Shown in pieces: positions 9,812 to 18,927 of a DNA stretch of 50,960 nucleotides. The translations under genes and the position numbers were made by a program. The first letter of the stretch is position 1. The number at the start of each line of letters is the position of its first letter. The notes under the pieces are model-generated. The model was given only the letters and a program-made list of their open reading frames with translations. It was not told the DNA's origin and searched no databases. Source of the DNA: Armatimonadota bacterium (GTDB lineage Bacteria; Armatimonadota; Zipacnadia; Zipacnadales; UBA5352); contig JBKHFA010000001.1 in NCBI GenBank assembly GCA_046540615.1, forward strand, positions 1-50,960, read 5' to 3'.

Positions 9812-10393
9812 TCAGTCTCTGTGCATCTGGTGCAGGCCCAGCTTTTCGCGCCACGCCTGGTCCTCGTTGATGAAGTACCGCTGGCGGACGAGGTTCGCCG
9901 CGAGAGCGTAGCACTCGCCGTAGTCCGAGACATTGCGCACTTTGAGCAACTTGTGATGCTGGTAGACGAATCCCAGCGGGCCTGACATCGGCGTCTCACC
10001 GAACTCGGACTCGGCGGAGGACAGGATCATATCCCGGGCGCGAGCGATCGCAAAGCGCGTCACGTCCGACTGAATCCACTCGAAGGGATAGTTGTTCGAG
10101 AGGTAGTTGGCCACCTCGTAGGCTTTCGCCTGCAGTGCGGGACGCAACGCAATCACATAAAGCAGCATCTGCCGAAGGAAGAACCGCTCCTCTTCGCTGT
10201 GTTTCGGCAACACCAGCCACTTGCGGCCGCAGATCACCTTGTTGTACGCGGCCTCGGCGGCGGAGCGGCTGCGGTGGGTGGCATTCATCTCGACAAGCTG
10301 CTCCTTAACCCACCGCTCGGTCTCCTTGTTGACTCTCTCGATCACGTTGCGTGTGCGTTCATTGCGAATCTCGAGTCTCGTGGTTCGAGCCAT
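9812..10393 (-). CDS. hypothetical protein (193 aa) with no recognisable domain and compositionally atypical sequence
   Basis: ATG at 10393 (MARTTRLEIRNE...). The track ORF extends to 10894, but that part overlaps the upstream gene and is Arg/Gly junk. More Lys/Asn/Tyr/Phe and more A/T-ending codons than neighbouring genes. Confidence 0.6.
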   Translation of the reverse strand: MARTTRLEIRNERTRNVIERVNKETERWVKEQLVEMNATHRSRSAAEAAYNKVICGRKWLVLPKHSEEERFFLRQMLLYVIALRPALQAKAYEVANYLSNNYPFEWIQSDVTRFAIARARDMILSSAESEFGETPMSGPLGFVYQHHKLLKVRNVSDYGECYALAANLVRQRYFINEDQAWREKLGLHQMHRD

Positions 10394-10485
10394 GACACAG
10401 ATCCCTATGATGCGGCGATGATCGGAGCGGCGAACGACAGATGTTTCCGCCGAATGTCCCGTCGAGGATTTCGGCGCGGCGCCCC

Positions 10486-12837
10486 TCAGGACCTGCCGAG
10501 CCAGTCCGGGCGCGCATGGGCGGCCATGGAGAGCGCGAACACGATCGCGTAGACGGCCGCCCCGCCCAGCAGGACCGTCTGAAAGCCCCAGAGCTTCCCG
10601 GCAAGCATCGCGGCGACGGAGCCGAGCACCGAGACCACCCCGTTGACCCCCCACGCCCACGGCACGATGTCCCCGGTCCAGCGTCCGACCTCCCGCAGGC
10701 CCGTCGGGAACGGGATGCCCATCCCGAAGCCCAGCGGGAAGAGCAGCGCCATCGTGATCGCCGCCCGAAGACCGATCGACCAGCCCAGCGTCGCGCTCAG
10801 CAGCCACGGCAACACCAGCACCAGCGCGATCACCGCGCCGGAGACCGACAGCGCCGCAAGACCCGAACGCCGCAGCATCGTGCTCTCGGGCCACGACTGG
10901 CTGAAGAGACTCCCCGCCCCGCTGCCGAGCAGCACTGAGAATATGATCACCGACAGCGTCAACGCGGGATAGCCGAGGTAGAGTATCAGCTTCTGCGCAA
11001 GGCAGACCTCCACGAGCATGAACCCCGCCCCGAGCAACGCAAAGTACACCACCGCGCCCGTGAGCGGCCCCGCTCTGCCGGCGCCCGAGCGCGTCAGGCC
11101 GATGATCGCACCAACCGAGAAAATGAGCACCACCAGTGCGACCGCCCAGACGAAGTTCGACATCTGCGACGGAATCCCGGGGTGAAAGTCAATGACGAAG
11201 GGGCGGTCATCAGTGACCGGCGTGACGTCCACCTCGCCCGGCCCCCACCAGCGGTTGAAACGCTCCACGAACTCCCCGGTGCTCGCCGTCCGGCCGAGCC
11301 ATCCGTAGGGCGGCACTTCGTAGGCGCCCGGCATGAACACCGGCTCCATCCCCAGCGCGATCGCCTGGCGCGTGAGGTCCGCCGAGCGCTCGGGCGTCAC
11401 CGGCGAGCGGGAGATCGCGACGAGGTGGCGGTAAGGCCCGCGTGCGTACATCCGGCGGGGCACGCTGATCATCGTGACATGCTGCAGCGCCTCTTCGAGC
11501 GAGAGACCCTCGCGCTGCAGCGCCGCGATGCCCGTGAGCATCAGGCGCGCCTGCACCAGCGGATGCTGGCAAACGATCGCGACCTGGCCGTCATCGGTGA
11601 GATGCGAGAGATAGTCCTCGAAGCCCTCGATGGTATGCACGTAGCTTTCCACCAGCGCGAGGCTGCTCGATGCGGTGGTCGCGGACTTCGTGAGCGCCAT
11701 GTAAATCAGGTCGTACTTCTTCTGCGTCCGGCGCACGTAACTGCGCCCCTCCGCCACCGCCACGTTCACGTTCTCATAGTCGTAGACGGGACCGGAGAAG
11801 TCGCGGTAGCGACGCACGATCGGGAGCATCGAGGGGTTGAGTTCGGCGCCCTCAATATCCTCCGCGCCCACCGCGAGGGCCAGCAGCACATCCAGCCCCG
11901 CCCCCGGACCGATGAGCAGCACGCTGTCGGGCCGCCCCGTCAGAAAGGGGAAGAAGCCGATGAACCGGCGGTAATTGCTGACAACCTCGTTGAGATCGCC
12001 CTCAAAGTGAATGAGGTTCGTCGGCACCTCGCCGTCGGTGTACACAAAAAGATCGTCCGTCTCAACGTACTCACCGTCAGGCCGCGCGTAGGCCACCACG
12101 TCCGTCCTCGCGAAGGCGTTCCAGTCGGTGTAAACGATCTTCGCCTCGATCTCGGGGTCGCCGAGTTCCTTGAAGAGAGGCTTTGCGGCTTCGCCCGCTT
12201 CCGGCGGCACCCGCGGCAGTTCGATCAGCGGCCTCGTGAAGCTCAGCCCGATCGCCACCAGCGAGCCGACCGTCAGCGCGCCGCCCAGCACCCGCAAGCC
12301 CGCGCGCCCCGTCACCGCGACCGCGGCCATCGCCGCAAGCGCCGCGCACAGGAAGGGAACGCCCGTGGCGCCGAGCAGTTGCAGCGCGATGATCACCGCG
12401 CAGCTTCCCAGCGCCGCCCCGGTCAGGTCGTAGAAGTACATCCGCCCGCCCTGATGTGACCAGCAGGCGAAGGCGTGGCTGAGGAAGGCCCCCACGCAGA
12501 TGAACGGCACGATGCAGATCCCGCCGACCAGCAGAAGTGACGTGAGGTGCGGGGCCATCGCGCTGGAGAAAAGCAGCGCGACCGCGCCAACGAAGCTCAG
12601 CGATGAGGCGGCCGCGAGCAGGCTCAGGATCACCGCGTCGTCTGTCTTGCGTCGGCGCAGCCACAGGAAATCCACCAGGCCGCCCACGCCGACGCCACAG
12701 ACCGCCAGAGAGATCGCGAGAAAGACGAAATGATAGCGCAGCAGCACGCTGAACGCGCGTGTCAGCGCAACCTCGAACACCAGCCCCGCGAGGGCCATGA
12801 GGAAGACCCCCGCCAGGATGCTGCCAGGGACGCGCAA
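10486..12837 (-). CDS. fused polytopic membrane / spermidine synthase-like (AdoMet-dependent) protein
   Basis: N-terminal and C-terminal multi-TM blocks flank a cytoplasmic Rossmann domain with VLLIGPGAGLDVLLALAVGAEDIEGAELNP. TTG start, 19 nt after the topA stop. Confidence 0.75.
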   Translation of the reverse strand: MRVPGSILAGVFLMALAGLVFEVALTRAFSVLLRYHFVFLAISLAVCGVGVGGLVDFLWLRRRKTDDAVILSLLAAASSLSFVGAVALLFSSAMAPHLTSLLLVGGICIVPFICVGAFLSHAFACWSHQGGRMYFYDLTGAALGSCAVIIALQLLGATGVPFLCAALAAMAAVAVTGRAGLRVLGGALTVGSLVAIGLSFTRPLIELPRVPPEAGEAAKPLFKELGDPEIEAKIVYTDWNAFARTDVVAYARPDGEYVETDDLFVYTDGEVPTNLIHFEGDLNEVVSNYRRFIGFFPFLTGRPDSVLLIGPGAGLDVLLALAVGAEDIEGAELNPSMLPIVRRYRDFSGPVYDYENVNVAVAEGRSYVRRTQKKYDLIYMALTKSATTASSSLALVESYVHTIEGFEDYLSHLTDDGQVAIVCQHPLVQARLMLTGIAALQREGLSLEEALQHVTMISVPRRMYARGPYRHLVAISRSPVTPERSADLTRQAIALGMEPVFMPGAYEVPPYGWLGRTASTGEFVERFNRWWGPGEVDVTPVTDDRPFVIDFHPGIPSQMSNFVWAVALVVLIFSVGAIIGLTRSGAGRAGPLTGAVVYFALLGAGFMLVEVCLAQKLILYLGYPALTLSVIIFSVLLGSGAGSLFSQSWPESTMLRRSGLAALSVSGAVIALVLVLPWLLSATLGWSIGLRAAITMALLFPLGFGMGIPFPTGLREVGRWTGDIVPWAWGVNGVVSVLGSVAAMLAGKLWGFQTVLLGGAAVYAIVFALSMAAHARPDWLGRS

Positions 12838-12856
12838 CTCCCGGTCGGCGGCGGCG

Positions 12857-15388
12857 TCACTCAGCCTCAGAGCCCTCCCCGTCTTCCTCGTAGTCGCGGG
12901 TGTAGCGGCACTTGGGATACGCGCTGCAGCCGACGAACTTGCCGCGGCGACCCTCGCGGATCACGAGGTCCTTGCCGCACTCAGGGCACTCCTCGCCCAG
13001 CTTCTCCGGCGCCGGCGGCTCCCAGCCGGCGGCGATGGCATCGCTGATCGGTCGCGTGCCCTTGCATTCGGGGTAGTTGTTGCAGCCGAGGAAGCTCCCC
13101 CGCCCACCTCTGCGCACCGACATCGGCCCGCCGCACTTCGGGCAGCTCACCGGCACCGCGTTGCTGTCGGTCGCATCACCGTTGGGGCTCGCAAGCTCCT
13201 CCGACGCCTCGCCAACCACCGCCTCGTCCTCATAGTCACGCGTATACCTGCACGACGGGTAATTCGAGCAGCCGAGGAACTTGCCCCGCCGCCCCTCGCG
13301 CACCAGCAGCACCCCGTCCTCGCACTCCGGGCAGCTCTCATCGGTCTCCATCGGCTTCGCGCGTTCCTTCGGCGCGCCCTCGGGGCCCACGTCCGCCGTG
13401 TATCTGCACTCCGGGTAGCCGCTGCATCCGAAGAAGCGCCCGCGACGCCCGGTGCGCAGCAGGAGGCTCTTGCCGCACTCGGGGCACTCGAAGTCCGTCT
13501 CCTCGACCGGCGGCCTCTCCAGCACATCGCCCGACAGGTCGATGGTGAAGGTGCAGTCCGGATAGTTCTCACAGCCGGCGAACTTGCCGCGTTTTGAGTA
13601 CTTGACCAGCATCCGCCCCCCGCACTCCTCGCAGACCTGATCCTCCAGCACCTTCGGTTCCGCGCTCTCCGCCGCCTCGACCTCACCCTCGAAGGGCTCG
13701 TAGAATTCCTTCAGCACCTCGCGCCAGTCGCGCTCTCCGCGCTCGACGGTGTCGAGATCCTCCTCGATGTGCGCGGTGAACTCGATGTCCATGATCTCCG
13801 GGAAGTTCTCCACCAGGTAGTCCGACACCGACAGCCCCAGGGGCGTCGGCACGAACTGCCGCTTCTCAGTCGCAACGTAGCGACGGCGGGTCAGCGTATC
13901 AATGATGTCCGCATACGTGCTCGGCCGGCCCACACCGTTCGCCTCAAGTTCGCGCACCAGTGACGCCTCGGTGTAACGCGGGGGCGGCTGCGTGAAATGC
14001 TGCTCGGGCGTGACCTCCACCAACTCAAGCTCCTCGCCCTCGGTCAGTTCCGGCAGCGACTTGTCCTCGTCATCCCGCGGCATCACCGCATACCAACCCG
14101 GGAAGACCACCACCTGACCGGTGGCCCGCAGGCCCATCCGGCCCGCCTCGACGTTCACGCCGGTCTGATTGACGATCGCCGGCGACATCTGTGACGCCAC
14201 GAACCGCCGCCAGATCAGCTCGTAAAGCGACATCTGATCCTTGCTGAGGACGCTCTTGAGGCTCTCGGGCGTCCGCGTCACGGACGTCGGCCGGATGGCC
14301 TCGTGCGCCTCCTGCGCGCCCTTGACCTTCTTGCCCTTCGCGCCCGGGCCAACGTACTTCTCCCCCCACTTCTGCTCAATGAACTCGCCGGCCTGCTTGC
14401 GGGCGGCCGCCGCCACGTTCGTCGAGTCGGTTCGCATGTACGTGATCAGACCGTGGGCGCCCTCCGCGGTCTCTACGCCCTCGTAAAGCTGCTGCGCGAT
14501 GCGCATCGTCTTACGCGCGGAAAAGCGTAGCCGGTTGGACGCCGCCCGTTGCAGCGTCGAAGTGATGAACGGCGGCTGCGGCTGGCGCTTCTGCTCGGTC
14601 TCCTCGATCTCCGCGACCGTGTACGTGGCCTCGCGAAGTTCCTCCACCAGCGGCGTGACCTGCTCCTCGGCTTCGAGGTCGCGGCCGACCTCTTCGCCGT
14701 CAACCGTCTTCAGGTCCGCCTCGATCTGCTGCCGGCCCTCCGGCTGCAGCAGCGCGCTGATTGACCACCACTCCTCGGGGTCGAAGGCCGCGCGCTCGCG
14801 CTCACGATCGGTGATCAGCCTCAGCGCGACCGACTGCACCCGCCCGGCCGAAAGCCCCGAATCCGGCCGCCCTCCACCGATCTTCTTCCAGAGCACCGGA
14901 CTGATCGAGTACCCCACCAGCCGATCGAGTATCCTCCGCGCCTGCTGCGCGTCAACACGGTCCATGTTCAGCTCACCGGGGTGCCGCAGCGCCTCGGCCA
15001 CGGCCTCCTGCGTTATCTCGTTGAACTGAATCCGCCGCGCGGAATCGAGCCCGAGTTCGTCGAGGATATGCCACGCGATCGCCTCGCCCTCGCGGTCAGG
15101 GTCCATCGCGAGGTAGATCTCCTCGACATCCTTGAGTTCCTTCTTGAGCATCTTGATGGTCTTGTTGCCCGACACCACGTACGTGGGCGAAAAGTCGCCT
15201 TCGAGGTCCACGCCCATGTCGTCGTCGGGCAGGTCGCGCACGTGTCCCATCGATGCGAGAAGCTTGTACTCATCACCGAGAAACCCCGACAGCGTCCGGG
15301 TCTTGGTCGGCGACTCGACTATGATTGCCTTCTTAGGTGCCACGATATCATTCCTGCAATGCGGCTGCGTCGCCGCGTGATCTGTCAC
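12857..15388 (-). CDS. topA: DNA topoisomerase I with five C-terminal C4 zinc ribbons
   Basis: Toprim N-terminus KKAIIVESPTKTRTL..GHVRDLP and the active-site region LITYMRTDS. Five CxxC...CxxxxxC ribbons are encoded at 12860-13633. GTG start; an alternative GTG lies at 15343. Confidence 0.95.
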   Translation of the reverse strand: MTDHAATQPHCRNDIVAPKKAIIVESPTKTRTLSGFLGDEYKLLASMGHVRDLPDDDMGVDLEGDFSPTYVVSGNKTIKMLKKELKDVEEIYLAMDPDREGEAIAWHILDELGLDSARRIQFNEITQEAVAEALRHPGELNMDRVDAQQARRILDRLVGYSISPVLWKKIGGGRPDSGLSAGRVQSVALRLITDRERERAAFDPEEWWSISALLQPEGRQQIEADLKTVDGEEVGRDLEAEEQVTPLVEELREATYTVAEIEETEQKRQPQPPFITSTLQRAASNRLRFSARKTMRIAQQLYEGVETAEGAHGLITYMRTDSTNVAAAARKQAGEFIEQKWGEKYVGPGAKGKKVKGAQEAHEAIRPTSVTRTPESLKSVLSKDQMSLYELIWRRFVASQMSPAIVNQTGVNVEAGRMGLRATGQVVVFPGWYAVMPRDDEDKSLPELTEGEELELVEVTPEQHFTQPPPRYTEASLVRELEANGVGRPSTYADIIDTLTRRRYVATEKRQFVPTPLGLSVSDYLVENFPEIMDIEFTAHIEEDLDTVERGERDWREVLKEFYEPFEGEVEAAESAEPKVLEDQVCEECGGRMLVKYSKRGKFAGCENYPDCTFTIDLSGDVLERPPVEETDFECPECGKSLLLRTGRRGRFFGCSGYPECRYTADVGPEGAPKERAKPMETDESCPECEDGVLLVREGRRGKFLGCSNYPSCRYTRDYEDEAVVGEASEELASPNGDATDSNAVPVSCPKCGGPMSVRRGGRGSFLGCNNYPECKGTRPISDAIAAGWEPPAPEKLGEECPECGKDLVIREGRRGKFVGCSAYPKCRYTRDYEEDGEGSEAE
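12860..13633 (-). repeat. five tandem topoisomerase-type zinc-ribbon coding repeats inside topA
   Basis: The ribbons are CEECGG..GCENYPDC, CPECGK..GCSGYPEC, CPECED..GCSNYPSC, CPKCGG..GCNNYPEC and CPECGK..GCSAYPKC. Ribbons 3 and 5 both continue with CRYTRDYE(D/E). Confidence 0.8.
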
Positions 15389-15447
15389 TGTTGAGCATCA
15401 GAACTCCCGACCTGCGCCACCTGTCGCCGTCACCGGCCGCCTTCCGC

Positions 15448-16563
15448 CTATCCAGTCCGCACGAATTGATTCCCGGGGAAGCGCTTCACGAGACCCTTCA
15501 CCTCGAGCAGCATCAGCGCCGACGAGACCTGCGGGACGGCAAGCTCGCAGTCGCCGGCCACGTCGTCGATGTTCCGCGGCTGATGGCTCAGCGCCGAGAG
15601 CACCTTGCGCTGATCGGCGGGAAGATCGTCAAGCTTCCGCTCGCGCTCGGCCGCCGGCTCGCGCTCAGGAACCGCTTCGATCATGATCCCGAGGCCCTCG
15701 ACGATGTCCTCGGCTGTCTCAACCAGGACCGCGCCATCGCGGAGAAGATCGTGGCATCCACGGCTCACGGGGCTGGTGATGTTCCCGGGGACCGCAAAGA
15801 CCCCCCGTCCGCTCTCGCCGGCCAGCCGCGCGGTGATCAGCGCGCCGCTCTTGCTCGGCGCCTCCACCACCACCGTGCCCAGCGACAGCCCGCTGAGTAT
15901 CCGATTCCTCTGCGGAAAGCTGTGCCTCGCGGGCGGCGTCCCAAGGGCAAATTCGCTGATGACGGCGCCTGATTCGGCGATGCGTTCGCGCAGCTTACTG
16001 TTGGCATTCGGGTAGTCCACGTCGATCCCGCAGGCCGTCACCGCAATCGTGCGCCCGCCGGCCTCAACTGTCGCATCATGCGCGTCAGCGTCGATCCCCA
16101 TCGCAAGGCCGCTCACCACGGTGAAGCCGCGCCTCACAAGATCCCGCGACAGTTGCCCGGCGACCATCTCGCCGTAGGGGCTGCGCTTCCGCGTCCCGAC
16201 CACCGCCACCGCAAGCTCGTCGCGCTCATCAATCTCGCCACGCACGAAAAGCACCGCAGGCGGATCATCGATCTCCCGCAGCAGTGGCGGATAACGCTCA
16301 TCCGCGATAGGCAGCAGATGAGCGTCGAGTTCGTCCAGTCGTTCGCACATCGCAGTAACGTCCGCTTCAGCCTCGGCCGACCGCAGCTTTCCGAGGTGGG
16401 CGGAGGCGATGCCGTCCACCGCTCGAAGCTGCTCGTTGGTCGCGCCGAATATCGCGTCCGGCGAACCGAACGCCTCCAGCAGCGAAAGTTGAAGCTTCGG
16501 GGATAGACCCGCGGCATTGAGACGCAGCCACGTCCCCGTTTGTGACGCGTCACATTCCCCCAT
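15448..16563 (-). CDS. dprA: DNA-processing protein DprA (Smf)
   Basis: Rossmann core VVSGLAMGIDADAHDATVEAGGRTIAVTACGIDVDYP, FPQRNRILSGLS, SGALITA, and a C-terminal winged-helix region. Shows the classic dprA-topA adjacency. Confidence 0.9.
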   Translation of the reverse strand: MGECDASQTGTWLRLNAAGLSPKLQLSLLEAFGSPDAIFGATNEQLRAVDGIASAHLGKLRSAEAEADVTAMCERLDELDAHLLPIADERYPPLLREIDDPPAVLFVRGEIDERDELAVAVVGTRKRSPYGEMVAGQLSRDLVRRGFTVVSGLAMGIDADAHDATVEAGGRTIAVTACGIDVDYPNANSKLRERIAESGAVISEFALGTPPARHSFPQRNRILSGLSLGTVVVEAPSKSGALITARLAGESGRGVFAVPGNITSPVSRGCHDLLRDGAVLVETAEDIVEGLGIMIEAVPEREPAAERERKLDDLPADQRKVLSALSHQPRNIDDVAGDCELAVPQVSSALMLLEVKGLVKRFPGNQFVRTG

Positions 16564-16589
16564 GGTTCACTCCCATGCGTCTATCGACG

Positions 16590-16626
16590 AAAAAGCCGCC
16601 AGGAGGCACATTGAGGGCCTCCTGGC
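16590..16626 (-). terminator. intrinsic terminator after the LapA-like gene
   Basis: 10-bp perfect stem: 16598-16607 pairs with 16617-16626 (GCCAGGAGGC/GCCTCCTGGC). On the minus strand it is followed by GGC TTTTT (16590-16594). Confidence 0.65.
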
Positions 16627-16656
16627 CGCTGAACGGTTCGACCTCAGATTGGCCTG

Positions 16657-17064
16657 CTACACACTCTCTTCCTCAGCCGAAATCGATGGAGGCTGCTCCT
16701 CATCCGGCGCCTGTGCGCCTGACTGCGTCCGTGCCTGCATCTTCTGCAGGCGGCTCTTGAGCGAGTCGAGTCTCCGCTCGCACTCCTCCGCGCGCTCTCG
16801 CGCCGCCGCACGCTGATCCTCCGCGGCAGCAAGCTTGCTCTTCAGCGAGGACCACGGCGCGCTGACGGCGATTGCCATCACGATCGCGCCGACTACTACG
16901 CCCGCCAGAGGCACGATGAAGACAGGCAGCTCAGCGCCAATGGGTGTGCCGCTGAGATCAACCAGGCTGGTAATCTCAATCGGATCGGCATTCCACATCG
17001 AAAAGAACACCGCGTACGCCACGAATATCAGCAGTATCAACACTGTCACGATAGCCTGAGCCAT
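16657..17064 (-). CDS. small membrane protein, LapA-like (DUF1049-type), with a coiled-coil tail
   Basis: Two TM helices (AIVTVLILLIFVAYAVFF and PVFIVPLAGVVVGAIVMAIAV), then a charged helix AAEDQRAAARERAEECERRLDSLKSRLQKMQ. Confidence 0.6.
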   Translation of the reverse strand: MAQAIVTVLILLIFVAYAVFFSMWNADPIEITSLVDLSGTPIGAELPVFIVPLAGVVVGAIVMAIAVSAPWSSLKSKLAAAEDQRAAARERAEECERRLDSLKSRLQKMQARTQSGAQAPDEEQPPSISAEEESV

Positions 17065-17107
17065 TGCACGACCCCCTGGCAGTGGTTAGGTGTTGTGAGT
17101 CGGCGCT

Positions 17108-18898
17108 TTACGGCATGAACTCCTCGGGGAATTCCTCCGGCGGTATCTCTTCACCCTCGAAGTCCTCAAACTCCGGCCGCTCCGGCTGCGGCGGCGCCGG
17201 CGGCTTGAGCGTGTTGTCCACCGTGAAAGCGACGACCTTCGACACGGTGTTACCCCGCCAGTCACTCGCCTCGAAGACCACCTGCTTCACGCCGTTGGAC
17301 AGATTTGCGGCGCTCCCGCGCGGATCGTAGATATACCACAGCAGACCCTCGCGCGAATCGTAGGTGAAGTCCGCCTGTTCCCCGTTCATAGTGACACTCA
17401 CCGAATCGGGATCGACGCCCGATCCCTCGTCGGTCAGAAGCAGCGACAGGAAGATCGGCGGCGTCCCCGGCATCTCGATGTCCTCCGCGTACCGCTCGGG
17501 GAAGGCGTCCGGATCGGCCAGGTCAGGCGTGAACTGCACGCGTCGTCGCTTCGCTCCCGGCACCTCCAGCACAGGCTCGGCGATCGTCGGGACGACATTG
17601 TCGGGCGTCATCGAGCCGAACGCGTAGACGACACCATCGTCGCCGAGCGTGTACAACGCGTTCTCCACGACGGACACTGACGGGTCAATGATATCCTCAA
17701 ACTCCAACTCCCGCTCGCGGGTGCGAGTGCCCTCGCCGTCCATATCCTCGGGCATGCCCGGATCCATCATCATCTCTTCGGGCATCTCCCCCTCGGGGTC
17801 CATGCCCTCCTCCGGGAAGAACATGCCCTCGCCGCCCGGACCGGTCGCCGATGCGGCCCGCTCCTCCACCTCGGGGAGCGTGTACTGCCACAGCAGGTCT
17901 CGCCCGTCGAGGCTGATCGCGTAGATATCGCGCTGCCCCGCGCGGAAGACGATCTTGTCATCGACGATCACCAGTGAACTGGAGATGCCCTCCACTGACC
18001 CGTCACGGGGCCACTTCCAGATTGCCCGCCCTCGGTTGGTGTCGATTGCGTAGACCGCCCCGCCGCGCGTGCCCACGTAAACCTGTCGCCCGAGCACTGC
18101 CGGTGAGCCGACGATCAGTCCGCCGGCGCGGAACGGCCGTCCCCACACCAGCCGGCCGGTGTAAATGTCGCGCGCGAGCAACTCGCGGCCCGACGTGTAG
18201 ATCACCTTCGTCCGCTCGCCAACCGGCGAGGCGAAGAAGCTGTCGCGATCGATGCTGTTCGACCACAGCGGCTGACCCTCGCTGTTAAGCGAGTAGATGC
18301 GCCCGCCCGTCGTGCCAACGATCACAACGTCGCGATAGACCAGCGGAGGCGCCTTGATGTCTCCGCGCGCCTCAAACTGCCAGAGAACGTCGCGGGACTC
18401 AAGCTCCAGCGCCGTGAGGCGGTTGCCATCCGAGCCGAAGTAGATCACGCCGTACGCGACCACCGGAGGCGTGTCCACCGCTCCCTGTGTCCGGAAGCGC
18501 CACTCGATGGAACCGTTCTCGGTGTTGATGGCGAGCAGAGAATCGTCGCGGGTGCCGCAGTAGAGCACGCCGTCGGCGATGGCGGGGCTTGAAAGGATGT
18601 CATCACCCGCGGTCTGCTCCCACAGCAACTCGCCCGTCACGCGGTCGACGGCGTAGATGGTGTCGCCGACGGGCGCGTAGACCGCCCGCTCGTCAACCGC
18701 CGGGGTCGCAACCGCGTCGAAATCCTCCGCCTCGGTGGCGTACTTCCACGTGAGGCTGGTCGGCAACTGCAGCTCGGCATCCGAGACACCGCTGCTCTGC
18801 TCATCAACCCGCATCATCCACGTGGCATCCTGGGCCGACGCGGCCGTGGCCAGAGCCGTGAGTATTGCGGCGACCATCAATACTCTACCTGATCGCAT
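17108..18898 (-). CDS. secreted PQQ-like (BamB-type) beta-propeller repeat protein with a Met/Glu/Pro-rich linker and a C-terminal Ig-like domain
   Basis: Repeated G.(L/V)(L/I)W motifs: TGELLWEQ, NGSIEWRF, SRDVLWQF, GQPLWSN, TGRLVWGR, RGRAIWKW, GRDLLWQY. I prefer ATG 18898 because GGAGGT lies 7 nt upstream and the signal peptide MRSGRVLMVAAILTALATAASAQ starts there; the track start is 18931. Confidence 0.85.
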   Translation of the reverse strand: MRSGRVLMVAAILTALATAASAQDATWMMRVDEQSSGVSDAELQLPTSLTWKYATEAEDFDAVATPAVDERAVYAPVGDTIYAVDRVTGELLWEQTAGDDILSSPAIADGVLYCGTRDDSLLAINTENGSIEWRFRTQGAVDTPPVVAYGVIYFGSDGNRLTALELESRDVLWQFEARGDIKAPPLVYRDVVIVGTTGGRIYSLNSEGQPLWSNSIDRDSFFASPVGERTKVIYTSGRELLARDIYTGRLVWGRPFRAGGLIVGSPAVLGRQVYVGTRGGAVYAIDTNRGRAIWKWPRDGSVEGISSSLVIVDDKIVFRAGQRDIYAISLDGRDLLWQYTLPEVEERAASATGPGGEGMFFPEEGMDPEGEMPEEMMMDPGMPEDMDGEGTRTRERELEFEDIIDPSVSVVENALYTLGDDGVVYAFGSMTPDNVVPTIAEPVLEVPGAKRRRVQFTPDLADPDAFPERYAEDIEMPGTPPIFLSLLLTDEGSGVDPDSVSVTMNGEQADFTYDSREGLLWYIYDPRGSAANLSNGVKQVVFEASDWRGNTVSKVVAFTVDNTLKPPAPPQPERPEFEDFEGEEIPPEEFPEEFMP

Positions 18899-18927
18899 AG
18901 ATGTACCTCCAGCTTCCACAGATCGGA

